From assembly GCA_040954595.2 (NCBI GenBank), contig JBECUI020000056.1, positions 1 through 51,574 on the forward strand: 51,574 nt of DNA. The letters are read 5' to 3'. Under the pieces are notes generated by a model. That model saw nothing but the letters and a program-made list of their open reading frames with translations. It was not told the origin of the DNA and ran no database searches. The stretch comes from Balanoglossus misakiensis. Its lineage: Eukaryota > Animalia > Hemichordata. Below, in pieces: positions 9,261-19,345 of this stretch. Both the position numbers and the translations under genes were made by a program. Each line of letters starts with the position of its first letter. The first letter of the stretch is position 1.

Positions 9261-9262
9261 CT

Positions 9263-10021
9263 ATGAATATCTTAGTAGCAGATATTGGTAACACAACTAT
9301 TTCAATAGGTCATTCTCAAAGCGATACCTGGACAGAACGATGGAATATTCCCACCAGTGTTGCGACGAGTGCCGGCAAATATACCACGGAATTGCAAACA
9401 TTACTCGGCAACAATACAAAAGAAAAAATAGATATGATTGCAGTTTGTTCAGTTGTACCCGCTATAACAGACCAAGTAGTAAGTGCATTGCAAAGCATCT
9501 TCCATATAGAGCCACTCGTTGTACATACAGCTGTTAAACATGGACTGCAAACACCGATATCATCCGAAATCGGCAATGATCTGCTTGCAAATGCCGTGGC
9601 AGCGTATCATGGGTATCATCAAGACTGTATTGTGGTTGATTCGGGCACCGCATTGACCTGTACCGCCGTCTCAAAGCAGGGCAAAATTATCGGCGTCAGC
9701 ATTTTTCCGGGCATGCAGACATCATTGCGGAGTCTAACCATGTGCACCGCCCAGCTACCGACAGTCGAACTCAAAGCGTATAATAATGCATTGGGAAATA
9801 ATACAATAAAGGCAATTCAAGGAGGAATATTCCTCGGATACAGGGGAGCAATTCGCGCTATTACAGACAATATGAAGAAACAGTTATCTTCCGAGTCGCT
9901 TATAATCGGAACCGGTGGAGACATCACGATGCTGAATCAAAATGAATCCGAACTATTTTCTATAGTAGATCCGTGGCATACGCTAAACGGCATCCGTCAA
10001 CTGGCAATTCTAAACCGATAA
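9263..10021 (+). CDS. coaX: Type III pantothenate kinase
   Basis: MNILVADIGNT, CSVVP, IGNDL, VVDSGTALT, IGTGG. The ORF-track N-terminal extension (9122-9262) runs through the tRNA and is spurious. Confidence 0.9.
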   Translation: MNILVADIGNTTISIGHSQSDTWTERWNIPTSVATSAGKYTTELQTLLGNNTKEKIDMIAVCSVVPAITDQVVSALQSIFHIEPLVVHTAVKHGLQTPISSEIGNDLLANAVAAYHGYHQDCIVVDSGTALTCTAVSKQGKIIGVSIFPGMQTSLRSLTMCTAQLPTVELKAYNNALGNNTIKAIQGGIFLGYRGAIRAITDNMKKQLSSESLIIGTGGDITMLNQNESELFSIVDPWHTLNGIRQLAILNR

Positions 10022-10044
10022 TGAAATAATCGGGGAATACGAAT

Positions 10045-10608
10045 CTATTTAATGCACATAGCAGATGCGATCTCTTTTCGAGCATCACTTCCGGAAAAAT
10101 ATTCAACAATAGCCAGACCAAAGGACATAGATGCACCCGGTCCTATGCCGGTTAGAATATTTCCGTCAAGCACGACATCTACTCTTCCCTTGTAGGTAGC
10201 ACCCGCCGGCACCTGTCCCTCTGTTCCCGGGTAGCAGGTATACGAACGATTTGCCAACAACTCAGCAGACTTTCCCAGTACAAAGGAAGATGAGGCACAG
10301 ATAGCCGCAACTAGCTTCCCATCGCTTGCAACCTGCTTGAGTATTTGCCGCAACCGTTGCGATTCGCTGAGAGTAATAGCATTTTGGGTACCACCGGGAA
10401 TGACAATAAGGTCTTCTGTACCCGTGTAGTTATATGAGTCAAAGGTCTCATCGGTTTTAATAACAAGACCATGTGCCCCGGTTACTTCCCTGCCGGAGAA
10501 CCCGACAGTACGAACCCGAATGCCCCCACGAACCATAATATCAATTGGAGCTGTTGTTTCAATCTCCTCAAAACCATCAGCAAATATTACTACTGCTTGC
10601 TTTTCCAT
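10045..10608 (-). CDS. DJ-1/YajL/ThiJ family protein
   Basis: ADGFEEIE, IVIPGG, AAICAS, YTCYPG, ILTGIGPG. Confidence 0.9.
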   Translation of the reverse strand: MEKQAVVIFADGFEEIETTAPIDIMVRGGIRVRTVGFSGREVTGAHGLVIKTDETFDSYNYTGTEDLIVIPGGTQNAITLSESQRLRQILKQVASDGKLVAAICASSSFVLGKSAELLANRSYTCYPGTEGQVPAGATYKGRVDVVLDGNILTGIGPGASMSFGLAIVEYFSGSDARKEIASAMCIK

Positions 10609-10628
10609 CGTTGCACCTCCATCGTGTA

Positions 10629-10853
10629 CTACTCGGATTGCTCAGTTTTTTTCTCTTGCACTTCCGGGGATACACTGTTTCGTTTTTTATTCTCTAATGT
10701 CGCACGACCAATCTTGGAGATCATTTTTTTCACCCCATCAACCTCGTGTTCATATAATAGCTTAACGCCACTCTGTCCGCTGACCGGACAAGTACCGCGA
10801 AACGTTTCTTTCATTTCATCCCGTAAGGGTTTTCCTCGATGTGATTTTCCCAT
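10629..10853 (-). CDS. Small basic protein with degenerate zinc-ribbon (candidate spirochaete-specific ribosomal protein)
   Basis: RBS GAGGA; MGKSHRGK...RGTCPVSG..GVKLLYE; sits in the operon between the OmpA-family gene and DJ-1. Confidence 0.65.
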   Translation of the reverse strand: MGKSHRGKPLRDEMKETFRGTCPVSGQSGVKLLYEHEVDGVKKMISKIGRATLENKKRNSVSPEVQEKKTEQSE

Positions 10854-10867
10854 TCTTTATTCCTCAT

Positions 10868-13777
10868 TTACTCTGATGCTGTTTCAGAAGTTTCGTTATC
10901 AAGTATGAATTCAACTCGTCTGTTCTTCCATATATTTTCTCTGTCGCTGTGTTCCACGAAAGGAACTTCACCACCAAGACCTTCAATGCGCATTCTACTA
11001 CGTTCTACGCCAAGAATAATAAGTGCTCTTCGAACATTCTCTGCACGGGACCGAGATAGCGGCAACAGCACCTCTTCTTGTTCCAGCTTCATGCGTGCAT
11101 CATCTCGCCAAAAGATATGAGCAGCATGTCCCTCAATAAGAATACGATGCTCAGGATAGCGTCCGAGAATCCGTGCCAGTTTACGCACCGTTACCAAGTT
11201 TGATTGCAGCTGTTCATCATGCACGAGCAGGAGGTCAGACAAGAAGCCTGCAAAATAGATACTGGGGATACGGATACGAATGCGTCCATCCTCTTCTATA
11301 ACAAGAATGTCAGTAGAGATCGTTGTTTCCAGAGTACCAACATTATCGAAGACATCAACCGCTGTCAGAACAACCGTATAGTCATCAGCAGCTTGAACCA
11401 ACTCACCTTCAGGTGATAGTCCATCCCACACTATAGTCTCATTCGGTTCCCCCTCACCTCCTGGGTAAGAAATAAATTCATTCCCACGAGAATCAAGAAT
11501 AGCTAGAGACCACCGTTGAATACCACTGTTTCTTTGTGCATTTATAGTAATGGTAATGTTATCATTAATGCCGTCACCATCCGGAGAGAATGGTTGTGGA
11601 CTAGCCTGCATATCTACAGCAGGAATCCAACGCTGCCCGGAATCGCCAAGCCCTACAATAATCGGTAATGCCTGTTCGGTTATATTGCCGGCAATATCTT
11701 TCCCTTGAAGAATGTATAGATAATCGCCATCGGGCAGTATCTCACCATTCTCATCAGTTCCATCCCATACCAAGTTAGTAACTGCAGGTCCAAATTCAAA
11801 CAGTCGCAAGATATCCCCCGAAGAATTGATAACTTGACCTAGCCAGGTAACATTCTTCGCACTTTCAACGTCTTGTTCTATGGTGATGGTATCACGTATT
11901 GAATCACCATCAGGCGAGAAAAATTTTCGTTCGGATCCTAACAGATTGATGATCGGGGCAGTATTATCAAGGATAATTCGCTCCGTGCTCTCTATACTCG
12001 GTGTGTTCCCGTTATAGTATTGCACTCGATACCGCACAGTGTACTCTCCGTCGGTAGCAATAGTGTTGTTATTGGTAAATCCATCCCACTCAAAAGTAGC
12101 AAAGGGCTTCCGCTTGTATACGGAACGTACAATGGCACCATCTTCATCAAGAATATCCAATAGAAATTGATCTGTACCTTCGTTAATTGTATGATTAACC
12201 GTAATGGTAACCGTAGGATCTTCACTTTCCGGTGCTAGATACATACCGTCTACAGTAACCGAAACGGTTCCAAGACGAGTATCCTTTATTGTTTTTGCCG
12301 GTGGGGTATTCCCGTAGTTTCCCGCTTCGTCATACCCACTAATAATAATGGTGTACAGACCGTCGGGAATAGCGTTTCCTGCTTCGGAATCGACAGTAAA
12401 CTCATAGCTCAGTCTTCCGTTCCTCATGCCGAGAACAGAAAGCGGAAGGTTGTACCGCTCCTCCGTGTCTTCATTGATTATATTTGCTACCCAATCGACA
12501 TTGGATTCTCCGATCATTGAGACCGAAACCGTATTACGGTCCTTACCGCCAAAATAAAACGGTGCACCAGGCGACGTAGCTACCGGTTTGGTAAGCAGTT
12601 CCCACCCGAGACGAGGCGGCATAGTATCAACACGGATAAACAACTCCGTATTGGCAATCTCCTGCGAACCATCGAAGAACGCAAGTATCATAATATAATC
12701 GCCGTCCGGCAAAACCGATCCGGTTGCATCTCTTCCATCAAATGAAAAACCTTCGATAACCGGGATGGAACCGTCAAGATACAGAAGGGTTGTGGCAGGA
12801 TCAAGTGCGGATACAACTGAAAGTGCCCAATTGCTAATGCCTGCCTCTTCGTAGAGAGAAATTACAGTATTGAGAGTATCACGGATCCCATCATCGTTGG
12901 GGGAAAATGCTGTTATCCCGTCAACGGGAAGGAAGGTCGCAAATTCAGCCGTATAGCTGATTATAAGGCGCCGCGGCAAGGGAATTTCTGCAACATTCCC
13001 TGCTCGGTCTTCACCAATAACAAGATAGTTATACTCCCCTTCCGGTTGTACTTGTCCCTCATTGTTTTTCCCGTCCCAGACAAATTCCTGCGGGACGGCA
13101 ACATCATTGAGTGTACTGTCAGTTGTATTCTCAAATACTTCCTCGTATACGATACGATTATTGCTATCAGTTATACGTACTGTCCAGCGAGGTTCACGAC
13201 TGGTTATCTGACGAATAATAACCGTATCCCTTATTCTGTTTCCATCAGGAGAAAAGAGAATGTTAATAGTAGGTAAAAAGGAAATGACCTCCGGTAAGGC
13301 GTTATCTAGCGTTACTCCTAATGGGGGGGACTCTACTTCATGCCCACGGGCATCAATAATAACAACCTGATAGGTATAATCTCCATCAGGCACGGACTGT
13401 CCGTTCCGTGGGTCATCGGGAATATCATAGGTACCATCCCAACTCAATGTTTCCGGAACTGTTATGGGATCCCCTGCCCAGGAAATTGTACCAAATGTGC
13501 CTCTCCGTCTCTCTTGTCCTGCTTTTTCAGTAAAGACTAATGCCCCAGTGTTATCAAAGATATTAAACTCATACCGCTTTATCTCTGATTGCTCCGGCAA
13601 ATTTATTGCTGTCGATAATGGTACAGTTAATGTTTCTCCCTTATTATCCGGAGCAATATATACACGAGGATTAGCTTCCAAACCAAGCTCCGGAGCTACC
13701 TCCGGTTGGGCTGCAGAAAAAACATCCACTACGGCAAACATACACATCACAAAGAATACAATAATAATTCTACTCAC
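10868..13777 (-). CDS. Secreted multi-Ig-like (FlgD-Ig/CHU_C-like) repeat protein with C-terminal OmpA peptidoglycan-binding domain
   Basis: Signal peptide; repeated FSPDGDG..D, WDG...G...PDG.Y and D.AGN units; C-terminal IEGHA...LS..RA..V...L...GV...R...NRRVEF; RBS GGAGG. Confidence 0.85.
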   Translation of the reverse strand: MSRIIIVFFVMCMFAVVDVFSAAQPEVAPELGLEANPRVYIAPDNKGETLTVPLSTAINLPEQSEIKRYEFNIFDNTGALVFTEKAGQERRRGTFGTISWAGDPITVPETLSWDGTYDIPDDPRNGQSVPDGDYTYQVVIIDARGHEVESPPLGVTLDNALPEVISFLPTINILFSPDGNRIRDTVIIRQITSREPRWTVRITDSNNRIVYEEVFENTTDSTLNDVAVPQEFVWDGKNNEGQVQPEGEYNYLVIGEDRAGNVAEIPLPRRLIISYTAEFATFLPVDGITAFSPNDDGIRDTLNTVISLYEEAGISNWALSVVSALDPATTLLYLDGSIPVIEGFSFDGRDATGSVLPDGDYIMILAFFDGSQEIANTELFIRVDTMPPRLGWELLTKPVATSPGAPFYFGGKDRNTVSVSMIGESNVDWVANIINEDTEERYNLPLSVLGMRNGRLSYEFTVDSEAGNAIPDGLYTIIISGYDEAGNYGNTPPAKTIKDTRLGTVSVTVDGMYLAPESEDPTVTITVNHTINEGTDQFLLDILDEDGAIVRSVYKRKPFATFEWDGFTNNNTIATDGEYTVRYRVQYYNGNTPSIESTERIILDNTAPIINLLGSERKFFSPDGDSIRDTITIEQDVESAKNVTWLGQVINSSGDILRLFEFGPAVTNLVWDGTDENGEILPDGDYLYILQGKDIAGNITEQALPIIVGLGDSGQRWIPAVDMQASPQPFSPDGDGINDNITITINAQRNSGIQRWSLAILDSRGNEFISYPGGEGEPNETIVWDGLSPEGELVQAADDYTVVLTAVDVFDNVGTLETTISTDILVIEEDGRIRIRIPSIYFAGFLSDLLLVHDEQLQSNLVTVRKLARILGRYPEHRILIEGHAAHIFWRDDARMKLEQEEVLLPLSRSRAENVRRALIILGVERSRMRIEGLGGEVPFVEHSDRENIWKNRRVEFILDNETSETASE

Positions 13778-13867
13778 CTAAACCTCCGACGACTCTATTA
13801 GTTTATCCCAGTTATTGACAAACATGTATAGCATCCGATATACTTTAGCCTTAACCACATTTATCTT

Positions 13868-14776
13868 ATGGAAAGTATAATACACATTAATCATTTATTC
13901 AAGTCTTTTGGTGCTATTCAGGCAGTAAATGACATGTCTTTTACTATTGATCGTGCGCAATGTTATGGTCTACTCGGACCCAATGGGTCGGGAAAAACAA
14001 CTACAATGCGAATGCTCTACGGGGTTGTAAAACCGGATAAACATGAGCATACGAAAATGGATGTCCTTGGCTTCGATCCACGCCGGGCGCCTTTGGAGAT
14101 TAAAACGAGAATCGGCATTGTTTCGCAAGACAATACGCTTGATGAAGAATTGAATATTTTTCAAAACCTCAGTATATACGCTCGCTTTTATCGCATACCG
14201 CAGGCAAAGCAGCGCATACAGGAACTACTGGAATTCATGGAACTAACGGAGAAACAAAATGCGGAAGTTCGTTCGCTGTCTGGAGGAATGAAACGCCGAT
14301 TGGTCATTGCTCGTTCTCTTATTAATCAGCCTGAAATCCTTATTCTTGATGAACCGACTACCGGATTGGACCCTCAGGTACGACAGGTGATATGGCAAAA
14401 ACTCCGTACTCTGATGAATAACGGCGTAACCGTACTATTAACAACCCATTACATGGAAGAAGCATATCAAATTGCCGATCAGATCCATATTATGGATAAG
14501 GGAAAAACAATTATGATCGGAGACCCCCAGCATTTGACTCGAGAACACATGGAAACCCATGTATTGCTTATCAAAGATGTCAATGCTCAAGGTACTGTTA
14601 CCATTCCACCAGGATTGCGAAAGGAAACACATGGCGATTTTATGTCGGCATACAGCAACAATCCACAAGAGCTGCAAAAAGTTGTGCAGAAACTACCGCC
14701 GTACCAGTACACTATTCGTGAAACAACACTTGAAGACTTGTTTTTGAAAACAACAGGAAGGCACCTAAATGACTAA
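13868..14776 (+). CDS. ABC-2 exporter ATP-binding subunit (NodI-like)
   Basis: GPNGSGKTT, LSGGMKRR, LDEPTTGLDP, LTTHYMEEA. Confidence 0.9.
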   Translation: MESIIHINHLFKSFGAIQAVNDMSFTIDRAQCYGLLGPNGSGKTTTMRMLYGVVKPDKHEHTKMDVLGFDPRRAPLEIKTRIGIVSQDNTLDEELNIFQNLSIYARFYRIPQAKQRIQELLEFMELTEKQNAEVRSLSGGMKRRLVIARSLINQPEILILDEPTTGLDPQVRQVIWQKLRTLMNNGVTVLLTTHYMEEAYQIADQIHIMDKGKTIMIGDPQHLTREHMETHVLLIKDVNAQGTVTIPPGLRKETHGDFMSAYSNNPQELQKVVQKLPPYQYTIRETTLEDLFLKTTGRHLND

Positions 14777-15602
14777 CAAAATTGAACCGGAACTAGCGTT
14801 TTTACAAACTGATTCCCATACTGTGCAACGATACATCCCCAAGGTTTGGTATCGAATTACTGCAGTATGGTACCGCCATATGCGTCAATACATACGGTAT
14901 TGGTTTAGTAATGCTTTGCCCCCATTTCTTGAACCCATTATCTTTCTTATTGGAATTGGTATCGGATTAGGAAAGTATATCGGAAGTATGGATGGATCCC
15001 CCTATATACAATATCTCTCTATTGGTCTGTTGGTAACTGCCAGTATGTATACTGCTACATTTGAATGTACGTATACAACCTTCTACCGCCTGAAATTCGA
15101 TAAGGTCTATGCCCTTATGCTGGCGGCCCCGTTAACCCCCTATACTCTTCTTGTTGGTGAATTGTTATGGGCAAGTAGTAAAGGATTTTTCTTCTCCGCG
15201 TCTGTTCTGATAATTATGCTTACTGCCGGGATTGTGCCCCCGACCTTGCTGATTTTTCTTGCACCTGTAATGGGTTTTCTTACCGCTGCAATGTTCGGTG
15301 TATTAGGACATTTAATTACATCATTCGTCAAAACAATGAGCCATTTCAGTTTTCTCTTTTCCGGATTACTCTCTCCCATGTTTTTCTTCTCGGGAAGTGT
15401 CTTTCCTATTGAAAATCTCCCGGTACTCTTCCGTGGCATCTCTGAATCTATGCCTCTCACCCACTCGGTTCGACTAATGCGTGGCTTGGCAAATTACTCG
15501 CTAGAACTTGTTCACCTATGGGATATTACATATATAATTCTATTTATTGTATTGGTAGGATATTGTTCGACCAGACGACTCACTCGTCTGCTTATTGACT
15601 AG
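14769..15602 (+). CDS. ABC-2 exporter permease (NodJ-like)
   Basis: LEPIIFLIGIGIGLG, PMFFFSGSVFP, PLTHSVRL; six hydrophobic segments; overlaps the ATPase gene. Confidence 0.88.
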   Translation: MTNKIEPELAFLQTDSHTVQRYIPKVWYRITAVWYRHMRQYIRYWFSNALPPFLEPIIFLIGIGIGLGKYIGSMDGSPYIQYLSIGLLVTASMYTATFECTYTTFYRLKFDKVYALMLAAPLTPYTLLVGELLWASSKGFFFSASVLIIMLTAGIVPPTLLIFLAPVMGFLTAAMFGVLGHLITSFVKTMSHFSFLFSGLLSPMFFFSGSVFPIENLPVLFRGISESMPLTHSVRLMRGLANYSLELVHLWDITYIILFIVLVGYCSTRRLTRLLID

Positions 15603-17502
15603 TTAACTTAAAACGTACACTACTAATAGCCCGCTCGCTTAAGCGCACACCCATTGCCCGTACCCCCTTTACACGGTACTGTGCAAGTTCAAATGTATCG
15701 CTATCCTTTCGTTGCCGCGGAATCTTGCGATACCGTAGTTCCATGTAGGCATTTTCTTTTGTAGTAACATAGTGCAGTTTCATGCCTTCCGGAATAAGCG
15801 AGTAGGGTTTGCCTGTTTGATACTGCGTAATCTTGCACCGTTTAATATAGGCGCGGCGTTGTTCATCGCTATATAAAATACTGAATACAGTCTTTTCAAG
15901 AAAGGATTTTTCCGCATGAACACAGGTAAGCATCTTTCCAATATACATCCGCTGTGGCGGTATAATAATAGTATAGCTCCCGTCTTTCCGCAGAATAAGC
16001 AGCCGATCAAACTCAGATACGGAGAGTATTTTTTTCCCACTTACCCCCTTGTATCCGATTTGTCCCTTCTCTTCGTCATAATACATATCCAGGTCGCGAG
16101 CAGACACCTCTCGAACATGCACCTGCTGGAAGGTTACAATCTTACTCATTCTCGGGAATAGAGGCCCGTAACGCTGAATAATATCATCAAGACAACTAAC
16201 CGCATAGTCCCGGAGATTTTTTAAGTGCGACTGGGTAATTTTTAGTTCCTTTCGTAGTTTTACCTCTTCCTTCTGCGAACGTTCAACATCGTACAAGGAA
16301 ATACGGCGAATGGGGATCTTTAATAAAAATTCTATATCCTCCTTACTCAGTTCTCTCTCTAACAAGTGAAGATATGGTTCAAAGCCCTCGCGTACAGTTG
16401 TTGTAATTTCCTCTGAACTCCGTGCTTGCTCGATCTTGCTGTATATCTTCTTTTCAATAAAAAGCCGTTCAAGACTGATGGCATGGAGACGATTCGTAAG
16501 TTCTTTGTTCTCTACCAACAGTTTTTTCCGCAATAGATCTTGTAGCCTTTGCGCATGATGCTGGATAATCTCCGTAACTGACATGGAACAAGGTTTGTCA
16601 TCTTTTATAAGAAGACAATTCAGTGAAATGGATATCTCACAATCAGTCAATGCATAGAGACTGTTAATAATATTTTCAGCCCGCTCTCCTCGTCCCATTT
16701 TTAATTCTATCTCAACGTTTTCGGCTGTATAGTCGTTAATTTCCGAGATATTGATCTTTCCCTTGCGAACAGCTGCCTCAACTGATGAAATAATTGCACG
16801 GGTAGTCTTCCCGTATGGGAGATCTCGAATAACAATACGTTTCTCCGATTCAATGTCGATCTTTGCACGCACAAGCAGTTTTCCCCTACCATCTTCATAG
16901 GAAGATATATCAATTAAACCACCGACAAAGAAATCGGGGTAAAGAGTGTAGGGTTCTCCCAATAGTTGGGCACGTACCGCTTGCATAACTTCCGTACAAT
17001 TATGAGGCATAATATTGGTAGACATGCCGACAGCTATACCTTCGACACCAAGGATCAACGCATAAGGTAGAATAGCAGGAAAAACAAGCGGTTCCTTATT
17101 CCGTCCGTCGTAGGATGCAACGTAGTCGGTAATTTTCGGATAGTAGAGGGTGTCTTTGGCAAAACTGTTAATCCTACACTCGATATATCGGGGTGCTGAT
17201 GCCTCGTCGCCGGTAAACTGATTTCCAAAATTGCCCTGTTGTTCAATAAAGAGCCTCTTGTTTGATAGTGCTACTAATGCCATAAAGATGGAATTATCAC
17301 CATGGGGATGATATTTCATCGTGTTTCCAACCACATTGGAAACCTTGTGCAGTTTCCCATCATCCATTTCAAACAAGCTATGCAAGATCCGTCGTTGTAC
17401 CGGCTTCAATCCGTCATCAATATGCGGTATTGCACGTTCCCGAATAACATAAGATGCATAAAATAAAAAGTTTTCAGATAGTAGTTTTTGTACGTCAGAC
17501 AT
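15592..17502 (-). CDS. parC: DNA topoisomerase IV subunit A (short, spirochaete-like)
   Basis: RAIPHIDDGLKPVQRRIL, YHPHGD, APRYIE catalytic Tyr, GIAVGMST. Confidence 0.9.
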   Translation of the reverse strand: MSDVQKLLSENFLFYASYVIRERAIPHIDDGLKPVQRRILHSLFEMDDGKLHKVSNVVGNTMKYHPHGDNSIFMALVALSNKRLFIEQQGNFGNQFTGDEASAPRYIECRINSFAKDTLYYPKITDYVASYDGRNKEPLVFPAILPYALILGVEGIAVGMSTNIMPHNCTEVMQAVRAQLLGEPYTLYPDFFVGGLIDISSYEDGRGKLLVRAKIDIESEKRIVIRDLPYGKTTRAIISSVEAAVRKGKINISEINDYTAENVEIELKMGRGERAENIINSLYALTDCEISISLNCLLIKDDKPCSMSVTEIIQHHAQRLQDLLRKKLLVENKELTNRLHAISLERLFIEKKIYSKIEQARSSEEITTTVREGFEPYLHLLERELSKEDIEFLLKIPIRRISLYDVERSQKEEVKLRKELKITQSHLKNLRDYAVSCLDDIIQRYGPLFPRMSKIVTFQQVHVREVSARDLDMYYDEEKGQIGYKGVSGKKILSVSEFDRLLILRKDGSYTIIIPPQRMYIGKMLTCVHAEKSFLEKTVFSILYSDEQRRAYIKRCKITQYQTGKPYSLIPEGMKLHYVTTKENAYMELRYRKIPRQRKDSDTFELAQYRVKGVRAMGVRLSERAISSVRFKLTSQ

Positions 17503-19291
17503 TTTGTAGATGTTTCATTATAAATTGTTGCCGCTCAGGAGTATTCCGACCCATGAAAAAATTCATTGCTTCCTTGCATTGTCCGGATGAAAGAATTTGC
17601 ACTGAAATTTTCCTAATGCCATCACCAAGCAGATCTCGAAATTCATGCGTAGATATTTCCCCTAATCCCTTAAAACGGGTAAGCTCCGGATGTGCCAACT
17701 CTTCAAGTGCCTTGTCACGTTCTGCATTGCTATAACAATATCGTACTTTCTTATTATTGCGAACCCGATACAGCGGCGTTTCTAAAAAATACAAATGCTT
17801 ATTATGCACAAGATCGGAAAAAAACGTTAGAAAGAAGGTTAACAGTAAGTTTCTGATATGATAGCCATCATGGTCTGCATCGCTTGCAATAATAATGTTT
17901 TCATAACGTAAATTATCTAAATCGTGTTCTATACCAAGTGCAACAACGAGGTTGTATAATTCAATATTACGGTAAATATCTACCCTGCTGCTGTCAAGCA
18001 TGTTCTTCGGCTTCCCGCGTAAGGCAAAGATGGCTTGTGAATATACATTGCGGGCACCAACCATTGCTCCGGCAGCTGAATTTCCTTCGGTGATAAATAT
18101 GGCACTCTCTTCGCCGTGTTTCTTATGTCCCCGATGATATTTACAATCTCGTAAATTCGCTATGTTTAATGCCGCTTGTGAGGCTGCCGCACGTGCCTGC
18201 TTACGTACGGATGTGATCTCCTTGCGTAGTTGTGCATTACGGGTGATGGTATCCTGCAGTACCCCTGCGGCATCGGAATTTTTGAGCAGGAAATCCATGA
18301 CTGCGGTCTTCGTTTCGGTAACAATCCAACTCCGAATGTCGTTGTTGCCGAGTTTGTTCTTCGTCTGACTCTCAAACATAGGATTCTGAATACGAACACT
18401 CACAGCCGCAATAATGCCTTCCCGAACATCAACGCCGCTATACGTCAAATGAAAGTGCTCGTTTACTCCCTTGAGCAATCCTTCACGAAAGGCACTGAGA
18501 TGGGTTCCTCCGTCACTGGTATACTGCCCGTTCACAAATGAAAAGTTACTTTCTCCGTAGCCGGTGCCATGGGTAAATGCAAATTCCAGCTTCTCGGATC
18601 GGTACCAACAAAGTTTATACTTCGATTTCTCTTCTAATCGAGCCATGAGAAAATCTTGTAATCCATACTCCGATTGAAATACAGTCTTGTTGCATTCAAG
18701 TTTTAAGCCGGTATTCAAATATGCATAATTCCAACAACGAAGATGCACATAGTCGAGATCAAAGGAAAAGCTGCCGAATATTTCGCTGTCCGGAAGAAAT
18801 TCTACAAAGACCCCATCCGGTTCCCGAACATTCTTGCCTTTGCCTGACTTCTCTAGCTTTCCACGATGAAAGATCGCTTCAACATATTGTCCGTTCCGGT
18901 ACGAAACAATGCGAAAATACTCCGATAGCGCATTCACCGCCTTGGTTCCTACCCCGTTTAAGCCAACACTAAACTGAAACACGCTATCATCATACTTTGC
19001 GCCGGTATTAATAACCGTTACGCATTCAATCAGTTTCCCAAAAGGAATACCCCGCCCGTAATCACGAATTGACACCATGTTATTGTTACTAATAGAAATT
19101 ACTATTTTTTTCCCATTGCCCATAATAAATTCGTCGATACTATTGTCAATGATCTCTTTGATCATAATGTAAATGCCGTCATCAGGATTACTTCCGTTTC
19201 CTAAACGTCCGACGTACATTCCACTACGTAAGCGTATATGTTCTAACGAACTTAATGTTTTTATTGTAGTCTCATCATAAATATTTGACAC
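17495..19291 (-). CDS. parE: DNA topoisomerase IV subunit B
   Basis: EHIRLRSGMY, EIIDNSIDE, GLNGVG, EGNSA, DADHDG, RFKGLGE; GTG start after AAGGAG. Confidence 0.9.
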   Translation of the reverse strand: MSNIYDETTIKTLSSLEHIRLRSGMYVGRLGNGSNPDDGIYIMIKEIIDNSIDEFIMGNGKKIVISISNNNMVSIRDYGRGIPFGKLIECVTVINTGAKYDDSVFQFSVGLNGVGTKAVNALSEYFRIVSYRNGQYVEAIFHRGKLEKSGKGKNVREPDGVFVEFLPDSEIFGSFSFDLDYVHLRCWNYAYLNTGLKLECNKTVFQSEYGLQDFLMARLEEKSKYKLCWYRSEKLEFAFTHGTGYGESNFSFVNGQYTSDGGTHLSAFREGLLKGVNEHFHLTYSGVDVREGIIAAVSVRIQNPMFESQTKNKLGNNDIRSWIVTETKTAVMDFLLKNSDAAGVLQDTITRNAQLRKEITSVRKQARAAASQAALNIANLRDCKYHRGHKKHGEESAIFITEGNSAAGAMVGARNVYSQAIFALRGKPKNMLDSSRVDIYRNIELYNLVVALGIEHDLDNLRYENIIIASDADHDGYHIRNLLLTFFLTFFSDLVHNKHLYFLETPLYRVRNNKKVRYCYSNAERDKALEELAHPELTRFKGLGEISTHEFRDLLGDGIRKISVQILSSGQCKEAMNFFMGRNTPERQQFIMKHLQNV

Positions 19292-19345
19292 AATATACTC
19301 CTTTGCCTTGACATTATTATAGTATATCCGTTATAGTAAAAACAA

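Noticed and set aside
9122-9262. N-terminal extension of CoaX in the ORF track
   Set aside because: It overlaps the tRNA-Gly gene and its promoter; the family N-terminus begins at 9263.
13868-15602. Nod-factor export (nodIJ) implying symbiotic signalling
   Set aside because: NodI/J-like ABC-2 exporters are widespread and no nodABC-like genes are in the window; the substrate cannot be inferred.
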